A stretch of DNA of 35,013 bases from a virus. The DNA lies in IMG/VR virus record IMGVR_UViG_3300044679_000086. The stretch is one strand, 5' to 3'. Both the position numbers and the translations under genes were made by a program. Shown here one piece after another: positions 1 to 9,267 of this stretch. The notes beneath the pieces are model-generated. The model had not been told where the DNA came from. It saw only the letters and a program-made list of their open reading frames with translations, and ran no database searches. Numbering within the stretch: position 1 is the stretch's first letter; every line of letters begins with the position of its first letter.

Positions 1-127
1 TTTTATCGACATATTCTCATGCCATGTTTAAAGCGTCGACCTAATAATTATAATTTAATATACATATTGTAAAATACACCAGGCTGCGTGACATTCATAG
101 GAGCGCTTGAGCCAGTTGTTCCAGTAT
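1..127. repeat. Terminal direct repeat, copy 1 (identical to 34887..35013). It is most simply an assembly circularisation overlap.
   Basis: Direct comparison shows the first 127 nt (ttttatcgacatattctcatgcc...gttgttccagtat) recur exactly as the last 127 nt. Confidence 0.95.
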
Positions 128-2036
128 TATTAACAGGTGTCGTTGCATAAATACTAAACCCTGAAACTGCGCCAGCATTCGCAAGAGAAGGAGTTCCATT
201 TGTATGATTGTGAGCCGCTAATTCAGCAATCAATTGAGTATGTGCATATTCTCCTTCGCCAGAGCCTGTTGTTTGTATATAAGCAGTTACGGTTCCGGTT
301 TCTGCCCCTGTATAAGCAACGGCTGTGGAAGACAAAGCATTAGCAAAATTTGTTGCTATTCTAAACGTCGTTGCAGTTACAGGAATAATATAGTACACCG
401 TATTTGCTGCCACGTTAACCAATGCTGTTGAACTGGTGAAAGTAACTGTATTTCCACGAAATACATTTAACAAATTTGACCCCGTCGACCACAAAACTCC
501 CGAAGAACTTGACCCGGTTACCACAGAAGAAAAGCCTGTCAATGAAGAAGTAGCAGGTAACAATGCATTTAATGGAACAGTTCCTAGCATAACCTGACCC
601 ATCATTTTTGTTAATGCGATTGATTTATTAGCAGTCCAATCTGCATACGCAGAAGCGCCATAGGTTGTAGGAGTCCCTGTACTATCATATATCGGAATTA
701 AACTACCACCATTTACAGCTAAAGAAGAAAAGTTTTGCCATAACAAGTTAAACAATCTCCATGCATCAATATTTGGCCTGCATGTTGCATTAGAAGCAGC
801 GCTTCCAATGGTTCCATCGTTCATTGGAACCCACCCATAATAATAATAGCGATTCAAGGATGTTCTAATATCACCTGTCCTCGGGCTATTTATTACAGCA
901 TCAACTTGGTCATAAGTTTGAAAATCATTTGTGGGTAGTGCATTTTGCGTTAAATAAATACTGGGCTTTGTAAAATTAATAGTACACAAAGAATTTAACG
1001 GCATTTGTACTTGCAAATACCATGCATCATCTGCACCAACACCAAGATTAAGCCCTGAAGTTGCAGGAAAGAAATCTGTAAAAGTGTATTGTTGCCAACT
1101 GGTATTTAAAGAAATTGTGGTCATCAAAATAGGAGCAACTGGAGTTCCCCCCGTACCAGTATCTTGTAATAAATAAATAGAAATTTCATTGGCTCCGGGA
1201 CTTGTGCCACCGCCATTTTGAGCCTGGATTGAAAAAGTAAAAGGCTGGTTTGCTATTGTATTTAAATGCAATGAAATCGGAAATTGGTAGCATTTCTGTG
1301 TCTGCCCGGTTCCTGCACCACTGCATACATGGCTTATGTAATATTCAGGCGAATTAGTATTAGCAATAGGTTGCGTACTCCCCAAAGGGAATGGAGTAAA
1401 TGTAACGGAATTAGTACCTGTTAATACAGCTTGCTGATATTCAATATCAGGCATCCTAAATCCATCATGCTGGCTCGGCGCAACAATTGCCGTATAATTT
1501 GTTCCTCCAGGAGGTATTGCAAGTGTCGTGCTATCGTAACTGAAACTAATATATGGTGTAATATTAGTTGCATTTTGAGCAACGTTTCTCCAAAATCCGT
1601 TATTAATAATTAAATTATTAAAAGAATTTACAGTTTCACTAGGACCAGCTCCGAGTGGAGGAACAAAAGGAAAATTCTCTCTCGTAATTTGATTGGTTTG
1701 CTCATGATTTACGATTGTTATGTAATAAGGGTCTGACTCTGGAATTTGGCTCACATCAGTTTCATCATAAGGATAAAAGAAAGGTATTGTATCAACGCCA
1801 TTGATGTCACAAATCGTTCCAGCAGCGCTTAAGGTAAGTGGATTGGGAAGCGCTATATAAATATAAGTCCCGCCAGAACCAACCTGATAATACCAATTTT
1901 TAAGCGTTGTTCTACTGTTATCATGGTAGCATGTGATTGTGCCTCCAGACATAGGACTGCCATCTTTATCTACAAAACTATCTTGCAACATCGGTGCTGC
2001 TATCAATAAATTCTTATTTCCTGAAAATACTAACAT
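48..2036 (-). CDS. Tail fibre / tailspike-like receptor-binding protein with a tail-collar-type C-terminus
   Basis: 662-aa ORF. The C-terminus (GEGEYAHTQLIAELAAHNHT...APMNVTQPGVFYNMYIKL) resembles the phage tail-collar signature (HxH ... NxQP ... Y.I). It is rich in Asn, Thr and Ser and lies just downstream of the ejection-protein-sized genes. Confidence 0.7.
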   Translation of the reverse strand: MLVFSGNKNLLIAAPMLQDSFVDKDGSPMSGGTITCYHDNSRTTLKNWYYQVGSGGTYIYIALPNPLTLSAAGTICDINGVDTIPFFYPYDETDVSQIPESDPYYITIVNHEQTNQITRENFPFVPPLGAGPSETVNSFNNLIINNGFWRNVAQNATNITPYISFSYDSTTLAIPPGGTNYTAIVAPSQHDGFRMPDIEYQQAVLTGTNSVTFTPFPLGSTQPIANTNSPEYYISHVCSGAGTGQTQKCYQFPISLHLNTIANQPFTFSIQAQNGGGTSPGANEISIYLLQDTGTGGTPVAPILMTTISLNTSWQQYTFTDFFPATSGLNLGVGADDAWYLQVQMPLNSLCTINFTKPSIYLTQNALPTNDFQTYDQVDAVINSPRTGDIRTSLNRYYYYGWVPMNDGTIGSAASNATCRPNIDAWRLFNLLWQNFSSLAVNGGSLIPIYDSTGTPTTYGASAYADWTANKSIALTKMMGQVMLGTVPLNALLPATSSLTGFSSVVTGSSSSGVLWSTGSNLLNVFRGNTVTFTSSTALVNVAANTVYYIIPVTATTFRIATNFANALSSTAVAYTGAETGTVTAYIQTTGSGEGEYAHTQLIAELAAHNHTNGTPSLANAGAVSGFSIYATTPVNNTGTTGSSAPMNVTQPGVFYNMYIKL

Positions 2037-2050
2037 GGTAATCCTTTAAC

Positions 2051-3835
2051 TTATTCAGTAATTTTATTATATCCATATTTCAAAGCAGCCGGTCCTAAAA
2101 GAAAGCCTATCATTTTATTCCTTGATTTTCGCAATTTCTCTTCAGATTTTGCAATTGCATCTTTTCTTTTGGTGACCTCAACTTTGCCGGCTCTTGTAAG
2201 TTCTAATTCATGCTTTAATAGTTCTTTAAGTCTACGTTTTTTTTCTTGAAGTTGAAAAACGGATTTTTTCTGCTCATCGATTAATCGACCAATTTCTGGA
2301 TTAGATTTTATATATGGTTCAATTAATTTGTTTGGCTTCAAAAGTTTTTCAGGATTTTCAGCAAAAGAGTGGGCTAATGCTAATTTAGATAGCTCTGGAT
2401 TATTTTGTATTAAATTCGTAATAATCTTATTCCCTGAAGTGGTTCCTGATAATGACTCAATTACATCACCAGAATAACGACCATGTTTTAACATTTGTTG
2501 ATACAAAGGATTGTCGTGTAAAGGAGCTACTTTGTTAGCATATTCATGATTAATTTCATGAAGACTTTTTAATGTATTTTTTGGGAAATGTTGCTCGATA
2601 ATCTTTTCCATTTGTTCATAATTTTTCTTTGTTTTATCAGCTCTGTGTACCCATTCATCATGTGCTTTAGGGTCTAATCCAAATGCCTTTGAACGCTCCT
2701 GACCTTCCAGTCGCCTTAAGGATCTATATGTCCTAAAAAATTCTTTTCCATTTATTTGCTTATTTTTTGTATAAAGTGGTGCTATTACTTTTTCAAAAGC
2801 TGCTTTATCCGAATCTGTTACATCAGGACTTTTCCCAAAATGTGATTTAAGTGCTTTATTTAGTGATTTTATATCAGTAATTGGAATATTTACTTCAGGT
2901 AAACTTTCTTCCAATGCATCATATTTTTTCCCTATTTCTTCTCTTAATCCACCGTGTCTAACCTCTCTTGGTAGTCCTGTTTTAGGATGAGGTTCCATTA
3001 CTGGAGTTCCTTCTATGGACTCTACAATATGACGTGATAAATCTTGTATATTTGGTTCACCTTCACCTAGATATTTTTTTATTTCTTCATTTATTTCAGG
3101 AGATGCTTTTCCTTCTTTAGGTATTTGGCTTATCTGATTCTTAAGTTCTTGTGCTTCAGCATTTTGCATTTCATGTTCATATAAAGCTTTGTAATAATCT
3201 CTTTGCTTGGCTGAGACATTACGATTCTGAATATAATTTTTAGCTCCTTGTAAAGCAGTAGGAATAACTTCCCCTGCAGATCCTAATCCAGCGCCTATCA
3301 TTCTGTTATCTGGACTTATAGAAGAGCCTAATGTGCCTCCAGCCAATACATTTCGGATAAGCTCAGGTACCTTTTTGGCATAAGGTAAAGATTCTAGCCC
3401 TTTCTTTGTTGCTTGATAACCACGATAAGCGGGTAAACCCATTCCTAGGGAACCGATTGTTTCCGCAGCTTCACCAACATAAGGATTAACATTAACTTCA
3501 CTATACTGTTGTTTTGGGATGTTTACCCCAGGGACTAAATTGGCTAGACCTCTACTCATGTCAATCCCTGTGCCTAATAATCCTTTTGCTGCTGAAGGCA
3601 ATCCTGTACCTTCTACGGCACGATTGAAATGCCCCGCTATATTACCCGCAGTTTCAAGACCCGGAGTTCCTCTAAGCAATTCTGCGGCCTTATAAAGGTA
3701 TGGATGTCTTTTCTTTATTGTTTCAATCTGATTTCCTTCTTTTTTGGATTTTTTAGGTTGAGCAAGATATTGAGACCATCTGTCTTCATTGGCCTGTATT
3801 CCTGATGCTTTATATTGTTCCCATTTATCATTCAT
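2051..3835 (-). CDS. Putative internal virion / ejection protein (size and position of P22 gp16)
   Basis: 594-aa ORF, last of three consecutive genes whose sizes (201/363/594 aa) and order parallel P22 gp7/gp20/gp16. The C-terminal third is charged and coiled-coil-like. No catalytic motif recognised. Its start overlaps the upstream stop by 8 nt. Confidence 0.4.
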   Translation of the reverse strand: MNDKWEQYKASGIQANEDRWSQYLAQPKKSKKEGNQIETIKKRHPYLYKAAELLRGTPGLETAGNIAGHFNRAVEGTGLPSAAKGLLGTGIDMSRGLANLVPGVNIPKQQYSEVNVNPYVGEAAETIGSLGMGLPAYRGYQATKKGLESLPYAKKVPELIRNVLAGGTLGSSISPDNRMIGAGLGSAGEVIPTALQGAKNYIQNRNVSAKQRDYYKALYEHEMQNAEAQELKNQISQIPKEGKASPEINEEIKKYLGEGEPNIQDLSRHIVESIEGTPVMEPHPKTGLPREVRHGGLREEIGKKYDALEESLPEVNIPITDIKSLNKALKSHFGKSPDVTDSDKAAFEKVIAPLYTKNKQINGKEFFRTYRSLRRLEGQERSKAFGLDPKAHDEWVHRADKTKKNYEQMEKIIEQHFPKNTLKSLHEINHEYANKVAPLHDNPLYQQMLKHGRYSGDVIESLSGTTSGNKIITNLIQNNPELSKLALAHSFAENPEKLLKPNKLIEPYIKSNPEIGRLIDEQKKSVFQLQEKKRRLKELLKHELELTRAGKVEVTKRKDAIAKSEEKLRKSRNKMIGFLLGPAALKYGYNKITE

Positions 3836-4919
3836 AACTAAAACCCGCAGCTAGTGCATTGTTTAATTCTTTTTGCGGAATATAATAAAGCTCACCATTT
3901 CTATATAATCCAATACTTCCCGGTGGTGCCATATCATAGTTATTTTGATGTTTTGCTTGTTTTGCTGAAGTTTTTCTATTATTCGCTTTCATTACTTTCT
4001 GTTCAAGAGATTCAGGCTCATTTGCACTTACATTAATACCTTGCTCAAGGTTTTTCTTTTGTAATGCAATTTTTCTTTGAATTACAGGCCACGTCATTTT
4101 CAATCTATCTGCAATATTTTTTTCATTTTCTCCAGGATTAGCATTCAAAATATCTTCAATTTCTTGATTTGAATAACCAAGTGAACGTAATGCTGGGGCC
4201 ATTTGTGCTTTCAAAGCGCGGGCTTTTGCGGCTTCATTCGAAAGCTTATCCCCTCCTAAAAATTCTGAAACTTGCTGAGCGTAAGGTAATCCTGTTTTGC
4301 CTATACCACTTGCAAGCTTGGATAATTCCCTTCTTGCTCCACCAGCACCTCCTACTTTTGGAGCCAATTTAGAATATTCGTTAAATAATTTTTCAAGCCC
4401 TTTAGACTCAGTAAGAACATCTAGTCCTTTTTGCACATTAGTACCAGTTGGTGCATATATAGATTCTCCTTGCTCACCTCGATGAACTGTTCCGGGAGAA
4501 TAAGGGCTTTGCGTGAATTTACCAGTAAAATGTTCTGCGGGATTTTTAGGAGCCAATCCATTAATACCTTGCATACTACCCGGTTGCTGCGGCTGGCCCA
4601 TCTGACCGCCCTGAGGCATTTGGCCACTTTGACCGCTCATACCACCTTGTGAACCTAATCCTTGCCTTGAAAGCATCTGACTAATATAAGCTGCCATTTG
4701 TTGTTGTTGCTCAGGATGTAATGACGAAAAATAAGGACTACTTGCCAGCATAGCAAGTGGAGATATTTGTTTATGAAATATTTCTGCTTCTTTCTCGCGT
4801 GGCATATATTTTGCTTGTACTGCGCCTTTATAGCCTCCAAGCACACTCCCCAAAATATCAGGACTAAATCCAGCTCGTGAAGCCGTTAATTTAGATGCTG
4901 GGACATATGTGAATGACAT
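3828..4919 (-). CDS. Putative internal virion / ejection protein (position of P22 gp20)
   Basis: 363-aa ORF with a low-complexity Gln/Gly/Met tract (GMSGQSGQMPQGGQMGQPQQPGSMQG). The call rests on position only. Confidence 0.35.
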   Translation of the reverse strand: MSFTYVPASKLTASRAGFSPDILGSVLGGYKGAVQAKYMPREKEAEIFHKQISPLAMLASSPYFSSLHPEQQQQMAAYISQMLSRQGLGSQGGMSGQSGQMPQGGQMGQPQQPGSMQGINGLAPKNPAEHFTGKFTQSPYSPGTVHRGEQGESIYAPTGTNVQKGLDVLTESKGLEKLFNEYSKLAPKVGGAGGARRELSKLASGIGKTGLPYAQQVSEFLGGDKLSNEAAKARALKAQMAPALRSLGYSNQEIEDILNANPGENEKNIADRLKMTWPVIQRKIALQKKNLEQGINVSANEPESLEQKVMKANNRKTSAKQAKHQNNYDMAPPGSIGLYRNGELYYIPQKELNNALAAGFSYE

Positions 4920-4928
4920 AATTTATCC

Positions 4929-5534
4929 TTATGAAAATGCCTGAGCCCCAAGATAAGCACCAAATGGGCCGCCAACTGCAAATCCTGCTCCAGCACCCGC
5001 TAATTGACCGGCTTTATTAAACCATGAATTTGTATTTTCATTTTCCGCAGCCTGACCCTCATAAGCATTATTTGCTTGCGCGGCTAGAGCTTGTGCAATC
5101 ATATCTGCTTGGCTTTTTCCAGCATTTAATCCCATTCCAGCTAAGCCTTGTGAACCGGTTAATCCTTGACCATACAACCCTAATGCGTTTTGCATCCAAT
5201 TGTTATAGTCTTGACTTGCTATATCATTGGCCAATTGCATGTTTTGTTGCGAATGCTGAGGGCTTCCTGCCATTCCTCCGGCTGCTGCTGCATTCCCTGA
5301 TGCTTGTAATGCTTGTTGTATAGCAAATTTCATCCCTGGGGATTCTTTATAGGATTCTCCAAATTTATTCATCATGCCACCAGGGTCACCCATCAATCCT
5401 TTATATTGTCCTTCAAGGCCTGGGATGGCATTTTTACCAGCATTAATATATGGGTCGAAATAGGGGCTTGTAGCACCGGGAATTTGGCTATAGTAGGGAG
5501 ACGCAGCATCTGCGGGGTTCTTAAATCCAAACAT
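4929..5534 (-). CDS. Putative internal virion / ejection protein (position of P22 gp7)
   Basis: 201-aa Gly/Ala/Gln-rich ORF ending in a glycine-zipper-like hydrophobic segment (GAGAGFAVGGPFGAYLGAQAF). The call rests on position only. Confidence 0.35.
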   Translation of the reverse strand: MFGFKNPADAASPYYSQIPGATSPYFDPYINAGKNAIPGLEGQYKGLMGDPGGMMNKFGESYKESPGMKFAIQQALQASGNAAAAGGMAGSPQHSQQNMQLANDIASQDYNNWMQNALGLYGQGLTGSQGLAGMGLNAGKSQADMIAQALAAQANNAYEGQAAENENTNSWFNKAGQLAGAGAGFAVGGPFGAYLGAQAFS

Positions 5535-5581
5535 GATTCATCCTTAAATCATTTATTATTTACTATATCATATTCTTATGA

Positions 5582-5959
5582 TTACGTAATTGTAAACGTC
5601 CACCATCGAGCAGCAGTCACGTTTGGCGGTGTGCTTCCATCATAATTAATCACAAAAATTTGTGGCCCAGATATTGTTGTATTGTATATCATTTGACCGC
5701 TAATATCCGGTACTCCGGGGGGTAATGGAATGGGCGTTGGAGTGTAGTATTGAGCATACAATGCTGCAATATCTGCTGCCTGGGTACTTGTTAAAGGCGG
5801 AATTAAAATTCCTTCGTTTTTATAATTAGACTGTAACGCCTGAAATAGAGAAGAAAGCCCTAAGCTCCATAAATAATTAAAATTGCCATCTTTATCAACT
5901 GCTGGTGTTTCACGTGGCAAATCTGGAAAAATTGAATTTTGTATTTGTTGTTCTGCCAT
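5582..5959 (-). CDS. Hypothetical virion-module protein
   Basis: 125-aa ORF with an ATG start preceded by AGAGGATACCCAGAGG. It lies between the gp10-like gene and the ejection-protein-sized genes. Confidence 0.5.
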   Translation of the reverse strand: MAEQQIQNSIFPDLPRETPAVDKDGNFNYLWSLGLSSLFQALQSNYKNEGILIPPLTSTQAADIAALYAQYYTPTPIPLPPGVPDISGQMIYNTTISGPQIFVINYDGSTPPNVTAARWWTFTIT

Positions 5960-6168
5960 CCTCTGGGTATCCTCTTAAATCCCTGTGATTAATTTGTTGT
6001 TTTATGCAGGGCAACAAATTATCCATATTTTATCCTAGGGGATATTCTTAGCTTATATACAGCTTAAATAATTTATTAAGTTAATGAATAAATAACTTTT
6101 TTTAAAACTATACATAAAACATGAACGCATAATAACAATAATTAATAATATATATTAATTAATTATTA

Positions 6169-7884
6169 TTACGTCCTTGTGCTAGCAATTCCATCCGTTA
6201 TAACAAACCGGCCCATTCCCCAGAATTTAAACTGAGGCACGAAATCATTAGCAATACCACACTGCCACCACATCAACCTATTTTTACGATGACCAATGGG
6301 CGGCAAATAATAAGCCCACTGATTCCCAAAGGAAGCCCCTCCATCCGTTGAGATAGATAAATCAACATGGGGTAATGATAAATTAGTTATTCCTGTATTC
6401 CCTTCTTGCTGAGCTATCAGCCACGCAGAAGTTCCTAATGAAGTTTGTTGACTTACAATAAGAGCACTGTCTTGTGTTTCCAGGTAGTTCCCGTCTTGGT
6501 AAACTAGCCCTATAAGGTCGCCCTGAGTTTCGAGAATTGCACCATCTTGGGTGATAAGAATAATCTCACCTAACGATTGTTGCTGATAATTTGTTTCACC
6601 TGATTCAATTGTGAATCCTACATCATTAATGATGCGATATTCTTGGTCTGGGCTTCTTATGTTGGCGCATGTTCTGATTCGAGGAATTTCATGATTTTCA
6701 ACAACGCCACTAGGGTTTACATCTTGGTACGTATAAAATTGAGTATCGAATGCAAATAAGTTGCCATTGTTTCGTGAAACAAAATAATATTGGTTATTAA
6801 TGTAGGCCACTTCGGACGCAATGAAGTAATTAAGATTTTGGTCACTTGCATGGTAGAACTTTTGAGTGATGAAATCATAAAAAAGGGATAAATTATCACT
6901 ATAGAAATTAATATGGTAAAAAAGATGGCCATCTTGACGATAGAGGAAGGCTTGAGAGTCTTGCGGGTTCTGTAATGTAGAAAAGAGATAATCAATCCCA
7001 TCCGTAGTAATCTTTTGGGGCATTCCGCCATTTGAATAAACGATAATTGGACCAGATTTCTCATTCTGAGCGAGCCAAACGACAATCTCATCCATGTAAG
7101 CAACTGTTGCAGGTTGTAAACATCCATAGTCAATATTAAACTGATTGTTCCTTTGATAGGGGAATAATTGTGCGCCTGTGTCAAACCATGCCTCCGTAAC
7201 AATGCTTCCCATAACAAAAATCATATTACCTTTTGATGGGAAGCGTACCACTGCTTGCGTGTTATCAGGTTTCGTTGTTAATAGCCCAATCTTTGCCGAG
7301 GTAGAAGGCCAGCTTGTTCCGTCATTACTGGCAGATAGTCGCCAGGTATTATTAACGGCTGCTCCATTGTATGTATCATTACTAGCTGACAAAATAAAAT
7401 AAGTATCATGAAATGTAAGATAACCAGGCGTGAAATCTAATGGAATTGCTTGGAATACCGGAGAAAGGGATGGGTCATATATATAAAATGCACTGCCATC
7501 AGAAAGCCCTAGTTGAGGCTTATTATTTTCGGCAATATACACAACCCCGGTTTGGGTTTGCAGTGTGCCAATCAAAATAACTTGGTCGTAAATTACTTTC
7601 ATTAGTTGTTGCGAATAATTTAAAGTAACCAGATATACATTGGCATCAATAACGACAACTAATTTCCCAAATTTGGTACTAGTAAATACTGCGCGACCTT
7701 CTTTCCCATTATTGAATTGGCTCGATGGAACGCCAATCTGATATCCGGCATAAGGAACCATGAATCCGTCACTCATAAACATATTATAGGTTTTCTCAAC
7801 GCTTATCTTCGGATATCTTCCGAAAGTACTTGAACCTACAATGTTTATTGGGAACTGTTTAAAGTTCTGGCCTCTTGTTATCAC
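6169..7884 (-). CDS. Tail accessory / packaged-DNA stabilisation protein (P22 gp10-like, tentative)
   Basis: 571-aa ORF with a GTG start. It sits downstream of the gp4-like gene. Its N-terminus (FPINIVGSSTFGRYPKISVEKTYNMF..GFMVPYAGYQ) loosely recalls the N-termini of stabilisation-protein family members. Confidence 0.45.
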   Translation of the reverse strand: MITRGQNFKQFPINIVGSSTFGRYPKISVEKTYNMFMSDGFMVPYAGYQIGVPSSQFNNGKEGRAVFTSTKFGKLVVVIDANVYLVTLNYSQQLMKVIYDQVILIGTLQTQTGVVYIAENNKPQLGLSDGSAFYIYDPSLSPVFQAIPLDFTPGYLTFHDTYFILSASNDTYNGAAVNNTWRLSASNDGTSWPSTSAKIGLLTTKPDNTQAVVRFPSKGNMIFVMGSIVTEAWFDTGAQLFPYQRNNQFNIDYGCLQPATVAYMDEIVVWLAQNEKSGPIIVYSNGGMPQKITTDGIDYLFSTLQNPQDSQAFLYRQDGHLFYHINFYSDNLSLFYDFITQKFYHASDQNLNYFIASEVAYINNQYYFVSRNNGNLFAFDTQFYTYQDVNPSGVVENHEIPRIRTCANIRSPDQEYRIINDVGFTIESGETNYQQQSLGEIILITQDGAILETQGDLIGLVYQDGNYLETQDSALIVSQQTSLGTSAWLIAQQEGNTGITNLSLPHVDLSISTDGGASFGNQWAYYLPPIGHRKNRLMWWQCGIANDFVPQFKFWGMGRFVITDGIASTRT

Positions 7885-7887
7885 GTT

Positions 7888-7905
7888 TAAACCATCCTTG
7901 GTTTA
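7888..7905 (-). promoter_or_regulatory. Hairpin presenting the Shine-Dalgarno sequence, copy 1
   Basis: Minus strand reads TAAACC-AAGGAT-GGTTTA, a 6-bp stem with AAGGA in the loop, 3 nt before the GTG start at 7884. An element matching at 17 of 18 positions lies at 10053..10070. Confidence 0.5.
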
Positions 7906-7913
7906 TTTTTATC

Positions 7914-8081
7914 TTATGTTAAATGTACTGCATGCAAGGAAATTGACGCTAAAATAAATGTAAAAATTGCACCGCAAACAGTCATGATTATATTGAGTTT
8001 TCGATTCAATTGCTCATAACATAATTCTTGCATTCTTATTCGAACTTCATGGTCTATGAATACTTCTTTTTCTTCTATCAT
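7914..8081 (-). CDS. Small tail-anchored membrane protein, paralogue A (not in the supplied ORF track)
   Basis: Hand translation: MIEEKEVFIDHEVRIRMQELCYEQLNRKLNIIMTVCGAIFTFILASISLHAVHLT (55 aa). It has a polar, charged N-terminus and one C-terminal hydrophobic helix. The same architecture is seen in the next two genes. Confidence 0.55.
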   Translation of the reverse strand: MIEEKEVFIDHEVRIRMQELCYEQLNRKLNIIMTVCGAIFTFILASISLHAVHLT

Positions 8082-8099
8082 TGGATAACCCCGGTTGAA

Positions 8100-8300
8100 T
8101 CATCTATGAAAATAAGACAATAACCCGAACAATATCCCAGAACAAGCTATAATTAAGGAACCTAATCTTACCGTTACAGAATTGATTCTTTTTTCAAGCT
8201 CTATTTTTAGCTCAAGAGATAATATTCTTAAATCTTTTTGCGTGACAACATTATTATCGCCACTGTATTTGAACTCATTTTTTTCTATTGTTTCTTGCAT
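8100..8300 (-). CDS. Small tail-anchored membrane protein, paralogue B
   Basis: Track ORF 8100..8321. The internal ATG at 8300 is preferred because AGGAG lies 6 nt upstream. The sequence ...KDLRILSLELKIELEKRINSVTVRLGSLIIACSGILFGLLSYFHR has a coiled-coil-like N-terminus and a single C-terminal transmembrane segment, resembling XhlA-like architecture. Confidence 0.6.
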   Translation of the reverse strand: MQETIEKNEFKYSGDNNVVTQKDLRILSLELKIELEKRINSVTVRLGSLIIACSGILFGLLSYFHR

Positions 8301-8359
8301 ATTTGTCTCCTGCGGAGACATCCTTGTCGGACTTATGTCATCTATTTGTTTTTATCTAA

Positions 8360-8569
8360 TCAAAACCATTTTAGAGATTTTGTTAGAGCTGTAATCAAAG
8401 TTGATACTAATGTTAAATATAAAGCAGAAGTTGTCCCCATTATCCAGTAAAACTGACTTCGCGCTGCATCACCCAATCCTTTCATTTCTAGACTAAAAGA
8501 ATCCTGTCTTTGCTTGAGTAATTCTATGTCTAATTCTTGTTGTGTGTACAATTTCACTTCTTTATTCAT
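8360..8569 (-). CDS. Small tail-anchored membrane protein, paralogue C
   Basis: Track ORF 8360..8590. The ATG at 8569 is preferred because GGAG lies 6 nt upstream. Sequence: MNKEVKLYTQQELDIELLKQRQDSF...FYWIMGTTSALYLTLVSTLITALTKSLKWF. The start overlaps the HNH stop by 8 nt. Confidence 0.6.
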   Translation of the reverse strand: MNKEVKLYTQQELDIELLKQRQDSFSLEMKGLGDAARSQFYWIMGTTSALYLTLVSTLITALTKSLKWF

Positions 8570-9197
8570 GGATGGCTCCGGTTGAATCATCCTTGATGTG
8601 TTCGTGTTGCTTTAGGTATTGTATCGCTTTTAACAGTATATTTATATCATCCTTAAATTTCCCCAAGCCAGTATTGCAACCATGGCATAATAACCCTCTT
8701 ATCTTCCCGGTATTATGGCAATGGTCAATTGCTAAAGCACAAATTTTACCATCTGTTCTAGACTTTCTTGTCTCTTCCTCATTGCAAATAGCGCATTTGT
8801 TTTCTTGTTGTTTTAACATCTCATAGTATAACTCTGGGGTTGTATGAAGTCTTCTACAGACTTCCCTAGTATTACGAAATTGGCCGGTCCTTTTTCTGTA
8901 ATCACTTGTCCATTTCAAATGCTTTTCAGGGTTATTTTTTCTATCTTCTCTAGCAAGAATATTTGACCTGGGCTCTATATCGCTTAAGCCTTCTCTGTAT
9001 AAAGCTCTATCTTCATTTCTCTTTCTATTAGCAGAAGCTCGATGTTTATCAGGATTATTGAGTTTATAAATTCTATCCTTGTCTCTTCTGCATTCAAGGC
9101 ATCTATATTGAAAGCCTAATTTCATTTGGTTATTTTTTTCTTTTCTTACCTGGCCCTCTGTTAAATCGCCATGAATTTTGCATTTCTTTACTATCAT
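8562..9197 (-). CDS. HNH endonuclease of the recombination endonuclease VII type (possible free-standing homing endonuclease)
   Basis: The 211-aa ORF has the C-terminal motif CAICNEEE...LAIDHCHNTGKIRGLLCHGCNTGLGKF, typical of the Endonuclease_7/HNH family. Its SD sits in a 7-bp hairpin (CTCCTGA..TCAGGAG, 9204..9226). Confidence 0.85.
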   Translation of the reverse strand: MIVKKCKIHGDLTEGQVRKEKNNQMKLGFQYRCLECRRDKDRIYKLNNPDKHRASANRKRNEDRALYREGLSDIEPRSNILAREDRKNNPEKHLKWTSDYRKRTGQFRNTREVCRRLHTTPELYYEMLKQQENKCAICNEEETRKSRTDGKICALAIDHCHNTGKIRGLLCHGCNTGLGKFKDDINILLKAIQYLKQHEHIKDDSTGAIHE

Positions 9198-9267
9198 TTA
9201 TTTCTCCTGATTAATTAATTCAGGAGCATTATAATTTGGATTCCATCTTCAGTCAATGCATAATTGG

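Noticed and set aside
1-127. Biological direct terminal repeat (a T7-like DTR)
   Set aside because: It cannot be excluded. However, an exact 127-nt overlap that cuts through the 3' end of a fibre gene is what assemblers leave on circular contigs, and P22-type phages package by headful. I treat it as a circularisation artefact pending read-termini analysis.
6717-7217. 166-aa minus-strand ORF in an alternative frame
   Set aside because: It is nested inside the 571-aa gp10-like gene in another frame and has low-complexity, unlikely composition.
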